64,000 bases of DNA from an uncultured bacterium (lineage in GTDB: Bacteria > Chloroflexota > UBA5177 > JANWHV01), in assembly GCA_963729625.1 (NCBI GenBank), contig CAVSOU010000007.1, positions 128,001 to 192,000 on the forward strand. The letters run 5' to 3'. Numbering within the stretch: position 1 is the stretch's first letter; every line of letters starts with the position of its first letter. The notes under the pieces are model-generated. The model worked only from the letters and a program-made list of their open reading frames with translations, was not told the DNA's origin and ran no database searches. The translations under genes and the position numbers were made by a program. Positions 40,535 to 51,108 of this stretch are shown piece after piece.

Positions 40535-41516
40535 TCCCGGCCAGCGGCATTGCGCTGAGCAAACCGTCGAGAGCGAGGCGGGGCATAACGTTTGCCTGCA
40601 CCTGATAGGTTGCCACCTGAATCCTCGTCAGAAACGGGATGATGTCCCGAACACCGACGCCCTGCACCGACACGCCGACAAGCTGATGACGCGCAAGTTC
40701 CAGCGCCTCCGAGCTCGCCACGTCAAGGAGTGCGTCGCGCCACCACACCTCCAAGCGCGCAAGGAGTCCCAAGGCGCGCTCGCGCACCTCGACGAAGGCG
40801 CCTCTACCCAGCCAGGATTCCACGGCCTGCATCCTCGAGTACGGGCCGGCGAAAGCTAGTCCCCCGATGAGCGCAAGGGCAGCACGCTCGCGCTCGACCT
40901 GCGCCGGCTCCGTCAGCGCTGTGACCGCCCAACCGGGCCGGCCGCGGGCGAGACCGGCGAGACTCGCCGCCGTGTCGCGGTCGGCCCCGAAATCGGTGGC
41001 GAGCGCGTCGGCGATTACTCGCGACGGCACAGGCTCGAGGGTAAGTGTCTGGCAACGCGATCGCACCGTTGCTGGCAGTGCCATGGGATCTTCGGCGGTG
41101 AGGACGACCGTAGCGTTCGGCGGCGGCTCCTCGAGAGTCTTGAGCAACGCACTTGCAGCGGAGTCGTTCATGCGATCCGCACCGGCAATGCAAAACAGCT
41201 TCTGGGAAGCCTCGTACGGCCTCAACGATATGTCCTGCTCGACCTGTCGAATCTGCTCGATGGTGATGTCGCGCCGCTCGGCGTCTCGACGTACGATCAC
41301 AACATCAGGATGCAAGCCGCGGATAAGGCGCCGGCACCCGCGACAATCACCACACGGCCGACAACCCGCTCCAGTACAGACGAGCAGGCCGCCAAGATGC
41401 AGCGCCAGCGACGTCTTGCCGACAGACTCCGGGCCAACCAGCAGGTAGGAGTGGCCAAGCCGGTTCCGCTCCGCGGCCCTGGCAAGGAGGTCTCGCGCCC
41501 ACGTATGTCCGATCAT
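40518..41516 (-). CDS. holB: DNA polymerase III delta' subunit
   Basis: HSYLLVGPESVGKT, PCGDCRGC, HPDV, ALLKTLEEPP, TVRSRCQ. Confidence 0.93.
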   Translation of the reverse strand: MIGHTWARDLLARAAERNRLGHSYLLVGPESVGKTSLALHLGGLLVCTGAGCRPCGDCRGCRRLIRGLHPDVVIVRRDAERRDITIEQIRQVEQDISLRPYEASQKLFCIAGADRMNDSAASALLKTLEEPPPNATVVLTAEDPMALPATVRSRCQTLTLEPVPSRVIADALATDFGADRDTAASLAGLARGRPGWAVTALTEPAQVERERAALALIGGLAFAGPYSRMQAVESWLGRGAFVEVRERALGLLARLEVWWRDALLDVASSEALELARHQLVGVSVQGVGVRDIIPFLTRIQVATYQVQANVMPRLALDGLLSAMPLAGNGANA

Positions 41517-41684
41517 GCATTGAGGATGCCGTTCGTGCCGCTCGGCAGGCAAGTCGGTCGTACCGGCAATCAGATATCATTCCTCACGCGAGCGCTCAAC
41601 AGGTTGCCGGCACCGGGTACACGGTAGGCTCAATGGCTTCCTGGACAGGGCCTTGGGACCAGACTGCTGAGGCGAGGGAGCAGG

Positions 41685-42797
41685 ATGCGAGTCGCGCTGG
41701 TACACGACTACCTGAACCAACAGGGCGGCGCCGAGAAAGTCGCGGAAGTCTTCTGCTCCATATTCCCGGGCGCACCAATGTACACCTCGGTCTTTGATTC
41801 GAAGGCGATGGCCGCGGCGTGGCAGTCGGTCGAGATCCACACCAGTTTCATGCAGAAGCTATCACCTCGACTGAAGATTGCCAAAGCTCTGCTACCCCTG
41901 TATCCGGCGGCCTTTGAGTCATTTGACCTGACCGGTTTCGACCTCGTCCTCAGCAGCTGCAGCACGTTCTCCAAGGGAGTGCTTACACCGCCGGGCACTC
42001 TGCACGTGTGTTATTGCCACAATACCACGCGCCCTCTCTGGATGTACCACGAGTATGTGGCGCGCGAGAATTTGGGGCGCGGGCAACGCGCGATGCTCGC
42101 GCCACTCGTGGGCGCGCTACGTATGTGGGATTATGCGGCCGCGCAACGAGTCGACCACTTCATCGCTAACTCGCAGACTACCGCGGCGAGAATCCGCAAG
42201 TTCTATCGCCGCGAGGCTATAGTGATTGAGCCACCCGTGCAGGTGGCTGAGTTCGGCGGTGACTTCGTGGAGCCGGATCCATACTATCTGGTGATGGCAC
42301 GTCTGCAATCCTACAAGCGTATAGACCTGGCAATTGAGGCAGCCAACCGGCTCCGTACACCGCTGAAGATCGCGGGCAGCGGTCCCGACGAGGCTCGGCT
42401 CCGCGAGATTGCGGGTCCTACCGTGCAATTCCTTGGGCGGGTATCGAATCCACAGAGAGTGCAGCTGTTTCGCCGGTGTCGCGCGCTCTTGATCCCTGGT
42501 GCAGAGGACTTTGGCCTGAACGCGCTTGAAGCGCAGGCCGCCGGCCGTCCGGTCATTGCCTACGCCGCAGGTGGCTCGCTCGAGACTGTCGTCCACGGAG
42601 TTACCGGTGTGCTGTATGCCGACCAGACCGTCGAAGCTCTCACGGAGATTCTCCAAGCATTCGATCCGGCTTCCTACGATCCGGCTGCCTGCAGGTCCCA
42701 GGCAAGCCGTTTCGATGAACCAGTTTTCAAGCAGCGACTGCTGTCTTACCTGCGCTTCGTCGGTGCGCAGGTCGATTCGACAAAGGGCATTCAATGA
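41685..42797 (+). CDS. GT4 glycosyltransferase (WbaZ-like)
   Basis: MRVALVHDYLNQQGGAEKV, RLQSYKRID, EDFGLNALEAQAAGRPVIA. Confidence 0.9.
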   Translation: MRVALVHDYLNQQGGAEKVAEVFCSIFPGAPMYTSVFDSKAMAAAWQSVEIHTSFMQKLSPRLKIAKALLPLYPAAFESFDLTGFDLVLSSCSTFSKGVLTPPGTLHVCYCHNTTRPLWMYHEYVARENLGRGQRAMLAPLVGALRMWDYAAAQRVDHFIANSQTTAARIRKFYRREAIVIEPPVQVAEFGGDFVEPDPYYLVMARLQSYKRIDLAIEAANRLRTPLKIAGSGPDEARLREIAGPTVQFLGRVSNPQRVQLFRRCRALLIPGAEDFGLNALEAQAAGRPVIAYAAGGSLETVVHGVTGVLYADQTVEALTEILQAFDPASYDPAACRSQASRFDEPVFKQRLLSYLRFVGAQVDSTKGIQ

Positions 42798-43255
42798 TCA
42801 TCGAAGGCGTCCAGCTAAAGCAGCTCGCGACCCATCCCGACGAGCGCGGATACTTTCGTGAGATCCTGCGCGTCACTGATCCAATTCTCGCCGAAGGCTT
42901 CGCGCAGCTCAGTCATTCGCTCATGCACTGCGGCGTGGTCAAGGCATGGCACGTGCACCCCACGCAGATCGATTGGTGGTACGTGCCGATTGGCGCCCTC
43001 AAGGTCGCACTTCACGATCTGCGCGATGACTCCCCCACCCGGGGAGTGACCTCAGAGCTATTGCTCGGCGAAGTCTATGGCGCACAGGTCCTGAAGATTC
43101 CGTCGGGCGTCGCACACGGGTGCTCGGCGCTCGTGGGTCCGACGCACCTCTTCTACGTTACGTCGCGAACGTACGACTCGCGCGAAGAAGGCCGCATCGC
43201 GCACGATGACCCTGACATCGGCTACGATTGGCTCGCCGGACCGACGATAAAGTAG
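42794..43255 (+). CDS. dTDP-4-dehydrorhamnose 3,5-epimerase-family cupin (RmlC-like)
   Basis: DERGYFRE, VVKAWHVH, DLRDDSPT, IPSGVAHG, DDPDIGYDW. Confidence 0.88.
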   Translation: MIIEGVQLKQLATHPDERGYFREILRVTDPILAEGFAQLSHSLMHCGVVKAWHVHPTQIDWWYVPIGALKVALHDLRDDSPTRGVTSELLLGEVYGAQVLKIPSGVAHGCSALVGPTHLFYVTSRTYDSREEGRIAHDDPDIGYDWLAGPTIK

Positions 43256-43311
43256 CGCGCCATCGGGCTCAATTGAGGCTGCGTACCGGCCAGGTTGGGG
43301 CCCTTCCCTTG

Positions 43312-43998
43312 TCAGCGCCGCAATCCATCGAGCGGCACAATCAAATCTGGGCCGTCATTGCGAAGCGAAGACACGCGCGTCGACACCGAATACGCATCCA
43401 TCTTGTCGGCATCGTAGGGTCTGAGAAACGAGACGACCACACCGGGATCGGTCAGGTCCCGATCGAGCCAGCCCGCTTCGGCCTGCCGCTCGAGGATGGC
43501 GGGCATGCGGTTGTGGATCTCCGCCATAAGCTCGTTCGGCGACGTCGTGATAATCGCGCATGACTGCATGGTATGGCCCTGGTCGTCTTGCGCCTCAGCG
43601 TACAGCCCCGCAAACGCAAACAAGCCGCGATCCTTGAGACGGATGAAGTAGGGCTGCTTCGCCGGAGTTCCAGGTTGTGCCTTCCATTCGTAGAACCCGT
43701 CCGCCGGAATCAAGCAGCGCTTTCGCGCTACTGACGAGCGAAACATCGGTCGCTCCAGCAGCGTCTCGGCACGCGCGTTTATCGGGTCGGGTCCACGGTT
43801 CTCGCCTTGCTTCCAGGGCGGTCGAAAGCCCCATCGCATCATACGAATGACTTTGAAGCCGTCCTCGTCCACGATCGCCGGGATAGCCTGCGTCGGTGCG
43901 ATGTTGTAACGTGGAATGAGCGCGTGCTCGTCACCAGGAGCGACGTCGAAGCGAAGCGACAACTGTTGCGTATCAGACAGCGCAAAACGACCACACAT
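43312..43998 (-). CDS. SOS response-associated peptidase (SRAP/YedK family)
   Basis: N-terminal MCGRF, YNIAPT, INARAET, RCLIPADGFYEW, IHNRMP. Confidence 0.93.
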   Translation of the reverse strand: MCGRFALSDTQQLSLRFDVAPGDEHALIPRYNIAPTQAIPAIVDEDGFKVIRMMRWGFRPPWKQGENRGPDPINARAETLLERPMFRSSVARKRCLIPADGFYEWKAQPGTPAKQPYFIRLKDRGLFAFAGLYAEAQDDQGHTMQSCAIITTSPNELMAEIHNRMPAILERQAEAGWLDRDLTDPGVVVSFLRPYDADKMDAYSVSTRVSSLRNDGPDLIVPLDGLRR

Positions 43999-44076
43999 GG
44001 CCACTTCCCCTCGAAGACCACCCTTGAAACGCCGGCATGAAGGCTAGCGGACGCACTATCAAGCGCCCGGTTCAGG

Positions 44077-45282
44077 TCAATCAGCAGACCAAGCCGGAAC
44101 CGACACCGCAGCCTCGATATGGAGCGTTTGCCTGCGGAACATCACCCAGGAGATGGCCAGCATGATCATCCCTGACGGCAATGTTAGCGCCAGTGCAACC
44201 CGCGCATCGGCGAACTGGACGAGTACTCCACCTAGCCATGGTATCACCGCCCCAAACAGAGATGCGCCGGCGATAAGCAAACCGGCAATACTCCCGGCCA
44301 CCTCCGGGTACACTTCACCGGCCACCGCCATAACCAGTGGAAAAATCGCCGCGTAGCCGAGACCGCTGGCCACAAGCGCGGCGAGCGCAACCGGGGCATT
44401 CGGAGCGAACACGAGAGCACAGCACGCCACGAGCGAGAATGTGCACGTCAGGACCAGAAGGACGCGACCACTGAACCAGCGCGTCGCGAACGCGGACAGC
44501 AGTCTGCCGAAGGCTAACCCTCCCCAGTACAGACTGACGGACGTCGCGGCCGCTACGCTGCTGAAGTGGTGGATATCTTGCAGATAGGCCGCGGACCAAT
44601 CGCCCAGCAGCAGTTCGCCGCCCACGTAGACCCCCATCATCAGGCCGAGAGCGAGCACCAGTGGCGTGAGCGCAAGCTTCAAGACGCTGCGCGCACCGAC
44701 CTTCTGCTCGCGCTTGCGGTGCCCCGGCATGGGCGCTCGAGCGAACATGAAGATGAGCACTGCAGCGGCAAGTGAATCCACGCCGTACGCGGCGCGCCAA
44801 CTGATGTGCAGGGCTAGAAAACCGCCAATCAGGAGCGGGCCAACCAGAGCGCCAAATCCGAAGAACGCGTGCAGCAGGCTCTGCTCGCGAGCGTGTCCTT
44901 CCGGCGGCGCAATATCGATCATCAAGGCGTTGGAGCCGCTGTCGACGACACCGCCGCCAATACTGACAACGCAGAGGCTCGCGGCAACGAGCGCCCACGC
45001 CGGCGCGACCGCAGCGAGTGCAAGCCCCGCGCACAGCACGAAAGCGCCCATGCGAAGCAGAAGGCCTCGGCTCCATCGGTCACCGGCAGGACCGCCAATC
45101 AAGACCGCACAGATGTAGCCGAAGCTCGAAGCCAGGAAAAGAGCACCGGACTGTGATGGGGTCATATGAAATTCAGACAGTATAGGCAACAGCGCAGGCC
45201 CAAGAAGCGTGCCGGCAATACCCAGGACGATGAAGCCCCAATAAGCAGATGGGCGCACCAGGCCTGGCTTACTCTCTTGCAT
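44077..45282 (-). CDS. MFS transporter (fucose permease/TsgA-like)
   Basis: About 12 TMs, GPAGDRWSRG, LLHAFFGFGALVGP, YVGGE. Confidence 0.87.
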   Translation of the reverse strand: MQESKPGLVRPSAYWGFIVLGIAGTLLGPALLPILSEFHMTPSQSGALFLASSFGYICAVLIGGPAGDRWSRGLLLRMGAFVLCAGLALAAVAPAWALVAASLCVVSIGGGVVDSGSNALMIDIAPPEGHAREQSLLHAFFGFGALVGPLLIGGFLALHISWRAAYGVDSLAAAVLIFMFARAPMPGHRKREQKVGARSVLKLALTPLVLALGLMMGVYVGGELLLGDWSAAYLQDIHHFSSVAAATSVSLYWGGLAFGRLLSAFATRWFSGRVLLVLTCTFSLVACCALVFAPNAPVALAALVASGLGYAAIFPLVMAVAGEVYPEVAGSIAGLLIAGASLFGAVIPWLGGVLVQFADARVALALTLPSGMIMLAISWVMFRRQTLHIEAAVSVPAWSAD

Positions 45283-45317
45283 GGCTCCATTCAGCGGGTG
45301 GACCCGCGCGCTGCGAA

Positions 45318-46373
45318 CTAGGCGGTCTGGGCTTTCACGCGCGCGATGACGGCGTCCGTGAATTCCGTGGTAAGCAATTGACCGCCGAGGTCGGCGGTCC
45401 GCTGCCCTTCCTCCAGGATCTCAAACACAGACCGCGCAATCAGGCCGGCCATGCGCCGAAATCCGTCCCCAGGAATGTACGACAACAACGAGGCGCCGGC
45501 CAAGATCATCGCCATTGGGTTTGCGACGTTCTTGCCGAATAGACTTGGGGCGGTGCCGTGAGGCGCCTCCGCCATGACCGTTTTCGGACGGAAGCTCGCG
45601 TCAAAGCTGAACAGGAGTGACTCAGAGCCCGCGATAGAGCCGAACATCTGCAGAACCAGGTCCGACAAGCAATCGCCGTCTCGGTTGAGGGCCGGAATCA
45701 CCATCGACGAGCCGGAGCTCGACAACAACAGCGCGTACGTCGCATCAATCAGCTGTGGCTCGTACCGTATATCGGCGTTTCTCGCTGCCGCAGCATCCAG
45801 CTCCTCCTTGAGCATCCCTTCATAGATGGGACTGACGGTGTACTTCGGTCCGCCAAATACCTTCGCGCCGAGACGACGCGCTTGCATGAAGCTGAACTCG
45901 GCCACGGAATGGCACACCGATCGGCTGATGCGCTCCGTTCGATACGCGACCTCGTCGTCTGCGTCCGCCACACGCCACTCCGGCGCCCCGTAGGCGTCTC
46001 CTACAGCCATGCGCACGACAGAAATTGGCGCGTGAACGCCGGCGACAGGTCGCACACCCGGGATTCGCCGGCCAGTTCGGATGATCACTTTGCCGTCGAT
46101 AGCCTGCCGAAGCAGCGCGTTCGGGCTGCCTACGTCACCGGCAAGCTCGGGTGTAATGGTCGCTGCTTTCAGCCCGTATCCTGCGGACACCATCGCGGAT
46201 GCAGCCTGAAACACGACCTCGTTGCGCGTGGCGCGTCGATTGCCGAGGGAGAGATCGAATGTCTGAAAGCGCAGATCGAGGCCTGTTACCGAAGGATCGA
46301 GGACGCGCAATGCCTCGTCAAGCAACTCCTGACCTGTCTGGTCTCCCTGCAGTACTACGATGCTATTGCTCAT
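45318..46373 (-). CDS. Isocitrate/isopropylmalate dehydrogenase-family protein
   Basis: LQGDQTGQE, SPNALLR, DGDCLSD, AEAPHGTAP, ANPMAMILA, TADLGG. Confidence 0.88.
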   Translation of the reverse strand: MSNSIVVLQGDQTGQELLDEALRVLDPSVTGLDLRFQTFDLSLGNRRATRNEVVFQAASAMVSAGYGLKAATITPELAGDVGSPNALLRQAIDGKVIIRTGRRIPGVRPVAGVHAPISVVRMAVGDAYGAPEWRVADADDEVAYRTERISRSVCHSVAEFSFMQARRLGAKVFGGPKYTVSPIYEGMLKEELDAAAARNADIRYEPQLIDATYALLLSSSGSSMVIPALNRDGDCLSDLVLQMFGSIAGSESLLFSFDASFRPKTVMAEAPHGTAPSLFGKNVANPMAMILAGASLLSYIPGDGFRRMAGLIARSVFEILEEGQRTADLGGQLLTTEFTDAVIARVKAQTA

Positions 46374-46393
46374 ACGTCAACGCCTCAACTCTG

Positions 46394-47143
46394 TCATACC
46401 CCCGCTGCCCTCAGGCTCCTCGCCAATGCAGGGAGATCCGAGAGTCGGTGGATGATCGCGTCTGGAGTCGGCGAGCCCGGCTCCTGCGCTTCCAGGCGAA
46501 ACTCGCGTGTTAGCACGCCTCGCATACCTGCGGCCTGCGGACCTGCGATGTCCTCTCGTAGCCGATCGCCCACAAAGACGGCGGCGCTCGCCGGAACGCG
46601 CAAGGACGTGAGTACAGCCTCGTAGATGCGAGCGTGCGGCTTCCGCACGCCTAGCTCCGACGATAGGACCACGGCCTGAAACAGATCCAGGAGTCCAAGG
46701 CGATCCAGATCACAGCGGACAAAGTCACCATAGAGCGTAATGTTGGAAACAAGTCCAAGCAGAAAGCCATCTGTCCGAAGCGTTTGCAGAGCAGCCAGGT
46801 TCGCTGGTGAAACGTGCAGCTCAGCGGTGAGCGCGGTGTGCTCGAGCTCGACAATACGCCGGATCAGGTCGGGAGGTAGTTGCAGATCGAGGTCGGCGAA
46901 AAGATCCGCGAATTCCACAAGCACGTCAAGCTCTTCGAGCTCCTGTCGAAGATAGCTGTCGTTGATCTTGGTCGCGAGCCGCATCGAAACCGCCTCGACG
47001 AGCGCCGATGCGGTCGGGAGCTCTCCCGCTGCGTAGTCGACGAGCATGTCATGCACCTGCTCGTATGTCGCTAGCAACGCGCGCTCGTTCAGTGCGAAGT
47101 CCACGATGGTATGTCCGAAATCGAGCACTATCGCTTCGAGCAC
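46394..47143 (-). CDS. HAD-superfamily hydrolase (IA)
   Basis: VLDFGHTIVD, VSN, RKP, VGDRLREDIAG. Confidence 0.88.
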   Translation of the reverse strand: MLEAIVLDFGHTIVDFALNERALLATYEQVHDMLVDYAAGELPTASALVEAVSMRLATKINDSYLRQELEELDVLVEFADLFADLDLQLPPDLIRRIVELEHTALTAELHVSPANLAALQTLRTDGFLLGLVSNITLYGDFVRCDLDRLGLLDLFQAVVLSSELGVRKPHARIYEAVLTSLRVPASAAVFVGDRLREDIAGPQAAGMRGVLTREFRLEAQEPGSPTPDAIIHRLSDLPALARSLRAAGV

Positions 47144-47164
47144 GAGAACCCCTCCTTGACCGCT

Positions 47165-48391
47165 TCAGACTGTCGACCGCTCTATAGTCGCTCCGGTCGC
47201 CACGATCTCCTCGTGGAAGCGCGGCAGCGTAAAGCAGAAGGTGCTGCCGACACCTTCGGCACTCTCGGCCCAAATCCGGCCGCCGTTTGCTTCGACCCAG
47301 TTGCGTGCGATGAACAAACCTAACCCGGTTCCTCCGGCCTCGACTGTTCGAGGGTTCTCCAGGCGGGTGAACTTGGTGAAGAGCTGGCCAAGTTGGTCGG
47401 GCGAGATGCCAACGCCGGAGTCGCGAACGCCGATGGTAATCTGCTCGTCGTCTTGCTGAACGAACACACGCACACTTCCTCCGTCATAGGAGTACTTGAG
47501 TGCGTTGCTTACGAGATTCACGAAGACTTGCTCGGCATGCTGCGAGTCGGCATACGCGACCGATGGATCCGCACGCTCAAGGGAGATCACAATACTCCGT
47601 CCTTCGGCGGTGACTGCAAACGTCCGGAGCACCCGGGAAATCATCGGCACGACATCGAGCCGCTCGCGTTGCAGGCGCACCCGCCCGGATTCGATGCGAG
47701 AGGCGCTCAGCATGTCGTCGACGAGGCTGGTGAGCGCGTTCACCTGCGCGTCAATCAACTGGAGGTATTCCTCCTCCGTAAGTCTGTCGAACCCAAAATC
47801 GTCCCGGCGCAGCAACAGGTTCGTGAAGCCTTTGATGATCGAGAGTGGTGTCCGGAGCTCGTGCGACGCCGTGGCAATAAACTGGCTCTTGAGGCTATCC
47901 AGCTCGGTCAGGCGCCTCACCATGGCTTTCTCGGCCTCGTGCAGGCGGGCCAGCTCTTCGGTTCGCTGCTGCAGCTTATCCTCGGTCGCCTTGATACGCA
48001 ACATCACGCGTACCTTTGCGACAAGCTCGTCCATGTCGAACGGCTTGGTGATATAGTCGTCCACGCCCTTGGCGAGGCCGACGAGCTTGTCGTCGCGATG
48101 CGCGGCGGCAGTCACCATGATCACCGGGAGGAAGCGGGCTGGGTCAACGGCCTTTATCCGCTCGCAGACTTCGAGTCCGTCGAAGTCCGGCAACGCCCGG
48201 TCGAGCAGCACCAACACCGGATGATGCTCGGTCATGGCGTCAACTGCATCCTGCCCACTGAAGGCAGGGACGGGATCATACCCCTCGAGGCTCAGAACGG
48301 CCGATAGCATCTCGACCAGGTCTTCGTTGTCGTCGACGACGAGTATTCGACTGCCGGACATGTCCTCAGAGGGGCGCGAACGTGAATCCAT
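47165..48391 (-). CDS. Hybrid receiver-histidine kinase
   Basis: REC (ILVVDD, LLD, ITKPF) plus ASHELRTPL, NLVSNALKY, DSGVG, GTGLGL; start uncertain. Confidence 0.9.
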   Translation of the reverse strand: MDSRSRPSEDMSGSRILVVDDNEDLVEMLSAVLSLEGYDPVPAFSGQDAVDAMTEHHPVLVLLDRALPDFDGLEVCERIKAVDPARFLPVIMVTAAAHRDDKLVGLAKGVDDYITKPFDMDELVAKVRVMLRIKATEDKLQQRTEELARLHEAEKAMVRRLTELDSLKSQFIATASHELRTPLSIIKGFTNLLLRRDDFGFDRLTEEEYLQLIDAQVNALTSLVDDMLSASRIESGRVRLQRERLDVVPMISRVLRTFAVTAEGRSIVISLERADPSVAYADSQHAEQVFVNLVSNALKYSYDGGSVRVFVQQDDEQITIGVRDSGVGISPDQLGQLFTKFTRLENPRTVEAGGTGLGLFIARNWVEANGGRIWAESAEGVGSTFCFTLPRFHEEIVATGATIERSTV

Positions 48392-48453
48392 GTTGTGGCT
48401 AGTGTACACTGGCATACGACCCTTCGTCATAAATCTGCCACAAATGGAGCTTT

Positions 48454-49317
48454 ATGGCCGCGCTGAATTGGCGCCGAATCCTGTCCGCGGCGACCACTCC
48501 CCTCATAGGGTTGGGCGTCGTGTGTGTGTACGGATCGCTGTACGAGCGGCATCACTTGCGCGATCGCGTGGTCGAAATCGACGTTCCTGGGCTGCCACCT
48601 GCGTTCGACGCATACCGGATCGTCCAGCTATCCGATTTCCACATCGGTGGGAACGGTTGGTCGGCCGATACCGTCGCACGCGCGGTCGCGCTCGCAATGA
48701 CGAAGGCAGCGAACATCATCGTTCTGTCAGGTGATTTTGTCGAAACGACGCCGGGCATCAGTGCCTGCCAGGAACTGCTCAGGCCGCTTAGAGCGTCGGA
48801 CGGCATCGTGGCCACCCTTGGCAACCACGACTACTCCCACCACGCAATTCGCGTGCAGGCGTTGCTCCAGGCGCTGGGCAACCTCGGCGTGCATGTGTTG
48901 CGCAACGAGTCGATGCGTGTTCGCCGCGGGGACTCGGACCTCTGGCTCGTAGGTATCGACGACGGATATTCGGGGCATGATAATCTTCCGAAAGCGCTCG
49001 CCGGCGTGCCAATGGAGGCGCGACCGATCGTGATTTCCCACTACCCTGACTCCGCCTGGCGACTGGGGCCGGGACGATGGGCAGTCGTGTTGTGTGGGCA
49101 CACCCACGGCTCACAGGTGCGGTTACCCTTTGTCGCCCGCTTCGCTCGTGAGCGCATCGCGAAGACACGTTTTTCGCACGGGCTCTATCGCGTGAACCGC
49201 ACGCCCGTATTCGTGACAACCGGAGTGGGCACCTCAGGGCGCCCATTGCGCGTGTTCTCGCGACCCGAGGTGGCAACAATCGTGCTGCGCGCCTTGCCGG
49301 CGACCATCGCGTCCTAA
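48454..49317 (+). CDS. Metallophosphoesterase (YkuE-like)
   Basis: SDFH, SGDF, LGNHD, SH, GHTHG. Confidence 0.9.
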   Translation: MAALNWRRILSAATTPLIGLGVVCVYGSLYERHHLRDRVVEIDVPGLPPAFDAYRIVQLSDFHIGGNGWSADTVARAVALAMTKAANIIVLSGDFVETTPGISACQELLRPLRASDGIVATLGNHDYSHHAIRVQALLQALGNLGVHVLRNESMRVRRGDSDLWLVGIDDGYSGHDNLPKALAGVPMEARPIVISHYPDSAWRLGPGRWAVVLCGHTHGSQVRLPFVARFARERIAKTRFSHGLYRVNRTPVFVTTGVGTSGRPLRVFSRPEVATIVLRALPATIAS

Positions 49318-49371
49318 ACGTACGCTGCGAGTTGCCCCTGGGTCGCCGGCGCGAGACATCGGTCGAGGGAG

Positions 49372-50883
49372 ATGGCAGTTCAGAACCAACTGAGTAAGAG
49401 AGACGGCGCCGTGGACGAACCCGGCCGGGTGAGGGAGCCTGTTCGGGAACGACCTTCGGCGGCGAAGGCGTTGTTCCTGCTCATTCTCGTCGCCTATGCC
49501 TATTTCATCCCGCGCGGATCTCTTGCCAATGCGGACAGCCACCTTGCTTTGACGTATTCCATCGTCGAGCTTGGAACCCTGAGAATCGACCACTTTGCCC
49601 TGAATCCCGACTTGATCGACAAGTCGGCCTATTGCGGCAGCACGACGTCGTCCTGCACGCACTACTATACCGACAAGGCGCCGGGGATCAGTTTGCTCGT
49701 GGCGGTGGTGTATCTTCCCCTGCACTACGTGTTACCTCAGTCGATGATGCCGGCATCCCCCACAGGTGATCGGTTTCTCCTGCGCTACCTGCTGACGCTT
49801 CTTGCGATTTCCGTGCCGTGCAGCCTGTTCGCCGCGATCTTCTGGCGTTTCATGACGCGGTTCGTGGACTCGGGCTGGGCGATGACGCTTGCGCTGGGCT
49901 ATGCCTGCGGCACCATCGCCATGCCGTTCGCCATGCTGCTGTTCAGCCATGCGCTGACTGCAGCCTTCATGTTCTCCGCTTTCATCCTCCTTTTCGTGGC
50001 GACGAGGCCAGGTGCGACTGAGCCTCGAGCCGACCGGCTGTCTGGGCTCGCGGGCATTCTCGCTGGCCTGGCTGTCAGTGGCGAGTACCCCGCGGCCATT
50101 ATCGCGGCACTCCTGGGAATATACGCCGCGGTTGCGAGCCTCCAAGCGCGCGGCACGCTGTGGACGGCGACGGCCTATGCAGTGGGCGGCATCATTGGCT
50201 TCTGCCCGGCCCTTTTCTACAACCTCGCCGTCTATGGATCGCCGTTCGCCTTCGGATACGCCCACCTTACCGACCCGTACTACGCGGCCGGGATGTCGCG
50301 CGGCGTGCTCGGCGTGTCGACGCCAAGCCTCGAGGCACTCTGGGGTACGACATTCAGTCCGTTCAGGGGATTGTTTGTGCTCTCCCCGTGGCTGCTTCTT
50401 GCCGGACCGGGTCTGCTGGAGATGAGGCGGCGCGGTATGCGCTTGGAGGCCTTCCTGTGCGCAGGTGTCGCCCTGGCATACTTTGTCTTTCAGATCAGCT
50501 ACGCGTTCTGGAACGGCGGCGCAAGCGTTGGTCCCAGGCACTTTCTGCCCGCGCTTCCCTTTCTCGTGTTTCCCATCGCCTTCGTCGAAAGGACCGGCGC
50601 GCTCCGCCGCATTGGCGCCGTGCTGATCGGCTACTCCATCGTCGTGCTCGTTGCCGTTGTCGCCACGAACCCCTTGTTCGGAGATCCACATTACGTCCGC
50701 GGCGCGTACAACCCGCTGATCGACCAGACGTGGCACGACGTCGTCACCGGTCACTGGCAGAACACGTGGGCCATGCTGTTTGGGCTGCGCGGCCCCCTGG
50801 CGCTCGCGCCACTGGCGGTATTTGCAGTGTTGCAGGGGCGACTGATCAGGCGAGGAATAATGGGGCCTATCGGTCAGGAATGA
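49372..50883 (+). CDS. Polytopic membrane protein, probable GT-C-fold glycosyltransferase
   Basis: About 11 TMs, outer loop HYYTDKAPG, and WNGGASVGPRHFLP motif. Confidence 0.65.
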   Translation: MAVQNQLSKRDGAVDEPGRVREPVRERPSAAKALFLLILVAYAYFIPRGSLANADSHLALTYSIVELGTLRIDHFALNPDLIDKSAYCGSTTSSCTHYYTDKAPGISLLVAVVYLPLHYVLPQSMMPASPTGDRFLLRYLLTLLAISVPCSLFAAIFWRFMTRFVDSGWAMTLALGYACGTIAMPFAMLLFSHALTAAFMFSAFILLFVATRPGATEPRADRLSGLAGILAGLAVSGEYPAAIIAALLGIYAAVASLQARGTLWTATAYAVGGIIGFCPALFYNLAVYGSPFAFGYAHLTDPYYAAGMSRGVLGVSTPSLEALWGTTFSPFRGLFVLSPWLLLAGPGLLEMRRRGMRLEAFLCAGVALAYFVFQISYAFWNGGASVGPRHFLPALPFLVFPIAFVERTGALRRIGAVLIGYSIVVLVAVVATNPLFGDPHYVRGAYNPLIDQTWHDVVTGHWQNTWAMLFGLRGPLALAPLAVFAVLQGRLIRRGIMGPIGQE

Positions 50884-50904
50884 CGTGGACTGGACTGGGT
50901 GGCG

Positions 50905-51108
50905 GAACGTGAAAACAGTGCCTGATGCTACCCTCCAGCACCCGAGGCCTCCCTCGCTGCTCCGTTCTACGCTGTCCGCGTGCCGTGTCCCCTACCCCGG
51001 TGGACCGAGTCGGGTGCCTCCGTCGGTCTCGTCCTCGCCCGTGCAACCTTCCCCAACTGCGGGATGGGTCGGCGTCCGCGTCTGCCCTTTCGAGGCCTGC
51101 TCAGACTT
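50905..51108 (-). mobile_element. Group II intron remnant (domain I fragment, no RT ORF)
   Basis: Minus strand AAGTCTGAGCAGGCCTCGAAAG...GCCGACCC...GGGGAAGG...CCACCGGGGTAG-GGGACACGGCACG matches recalled bacterial group IIB domain I motifs; no D5/D6 or RT seen. Confidence 0.7.
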
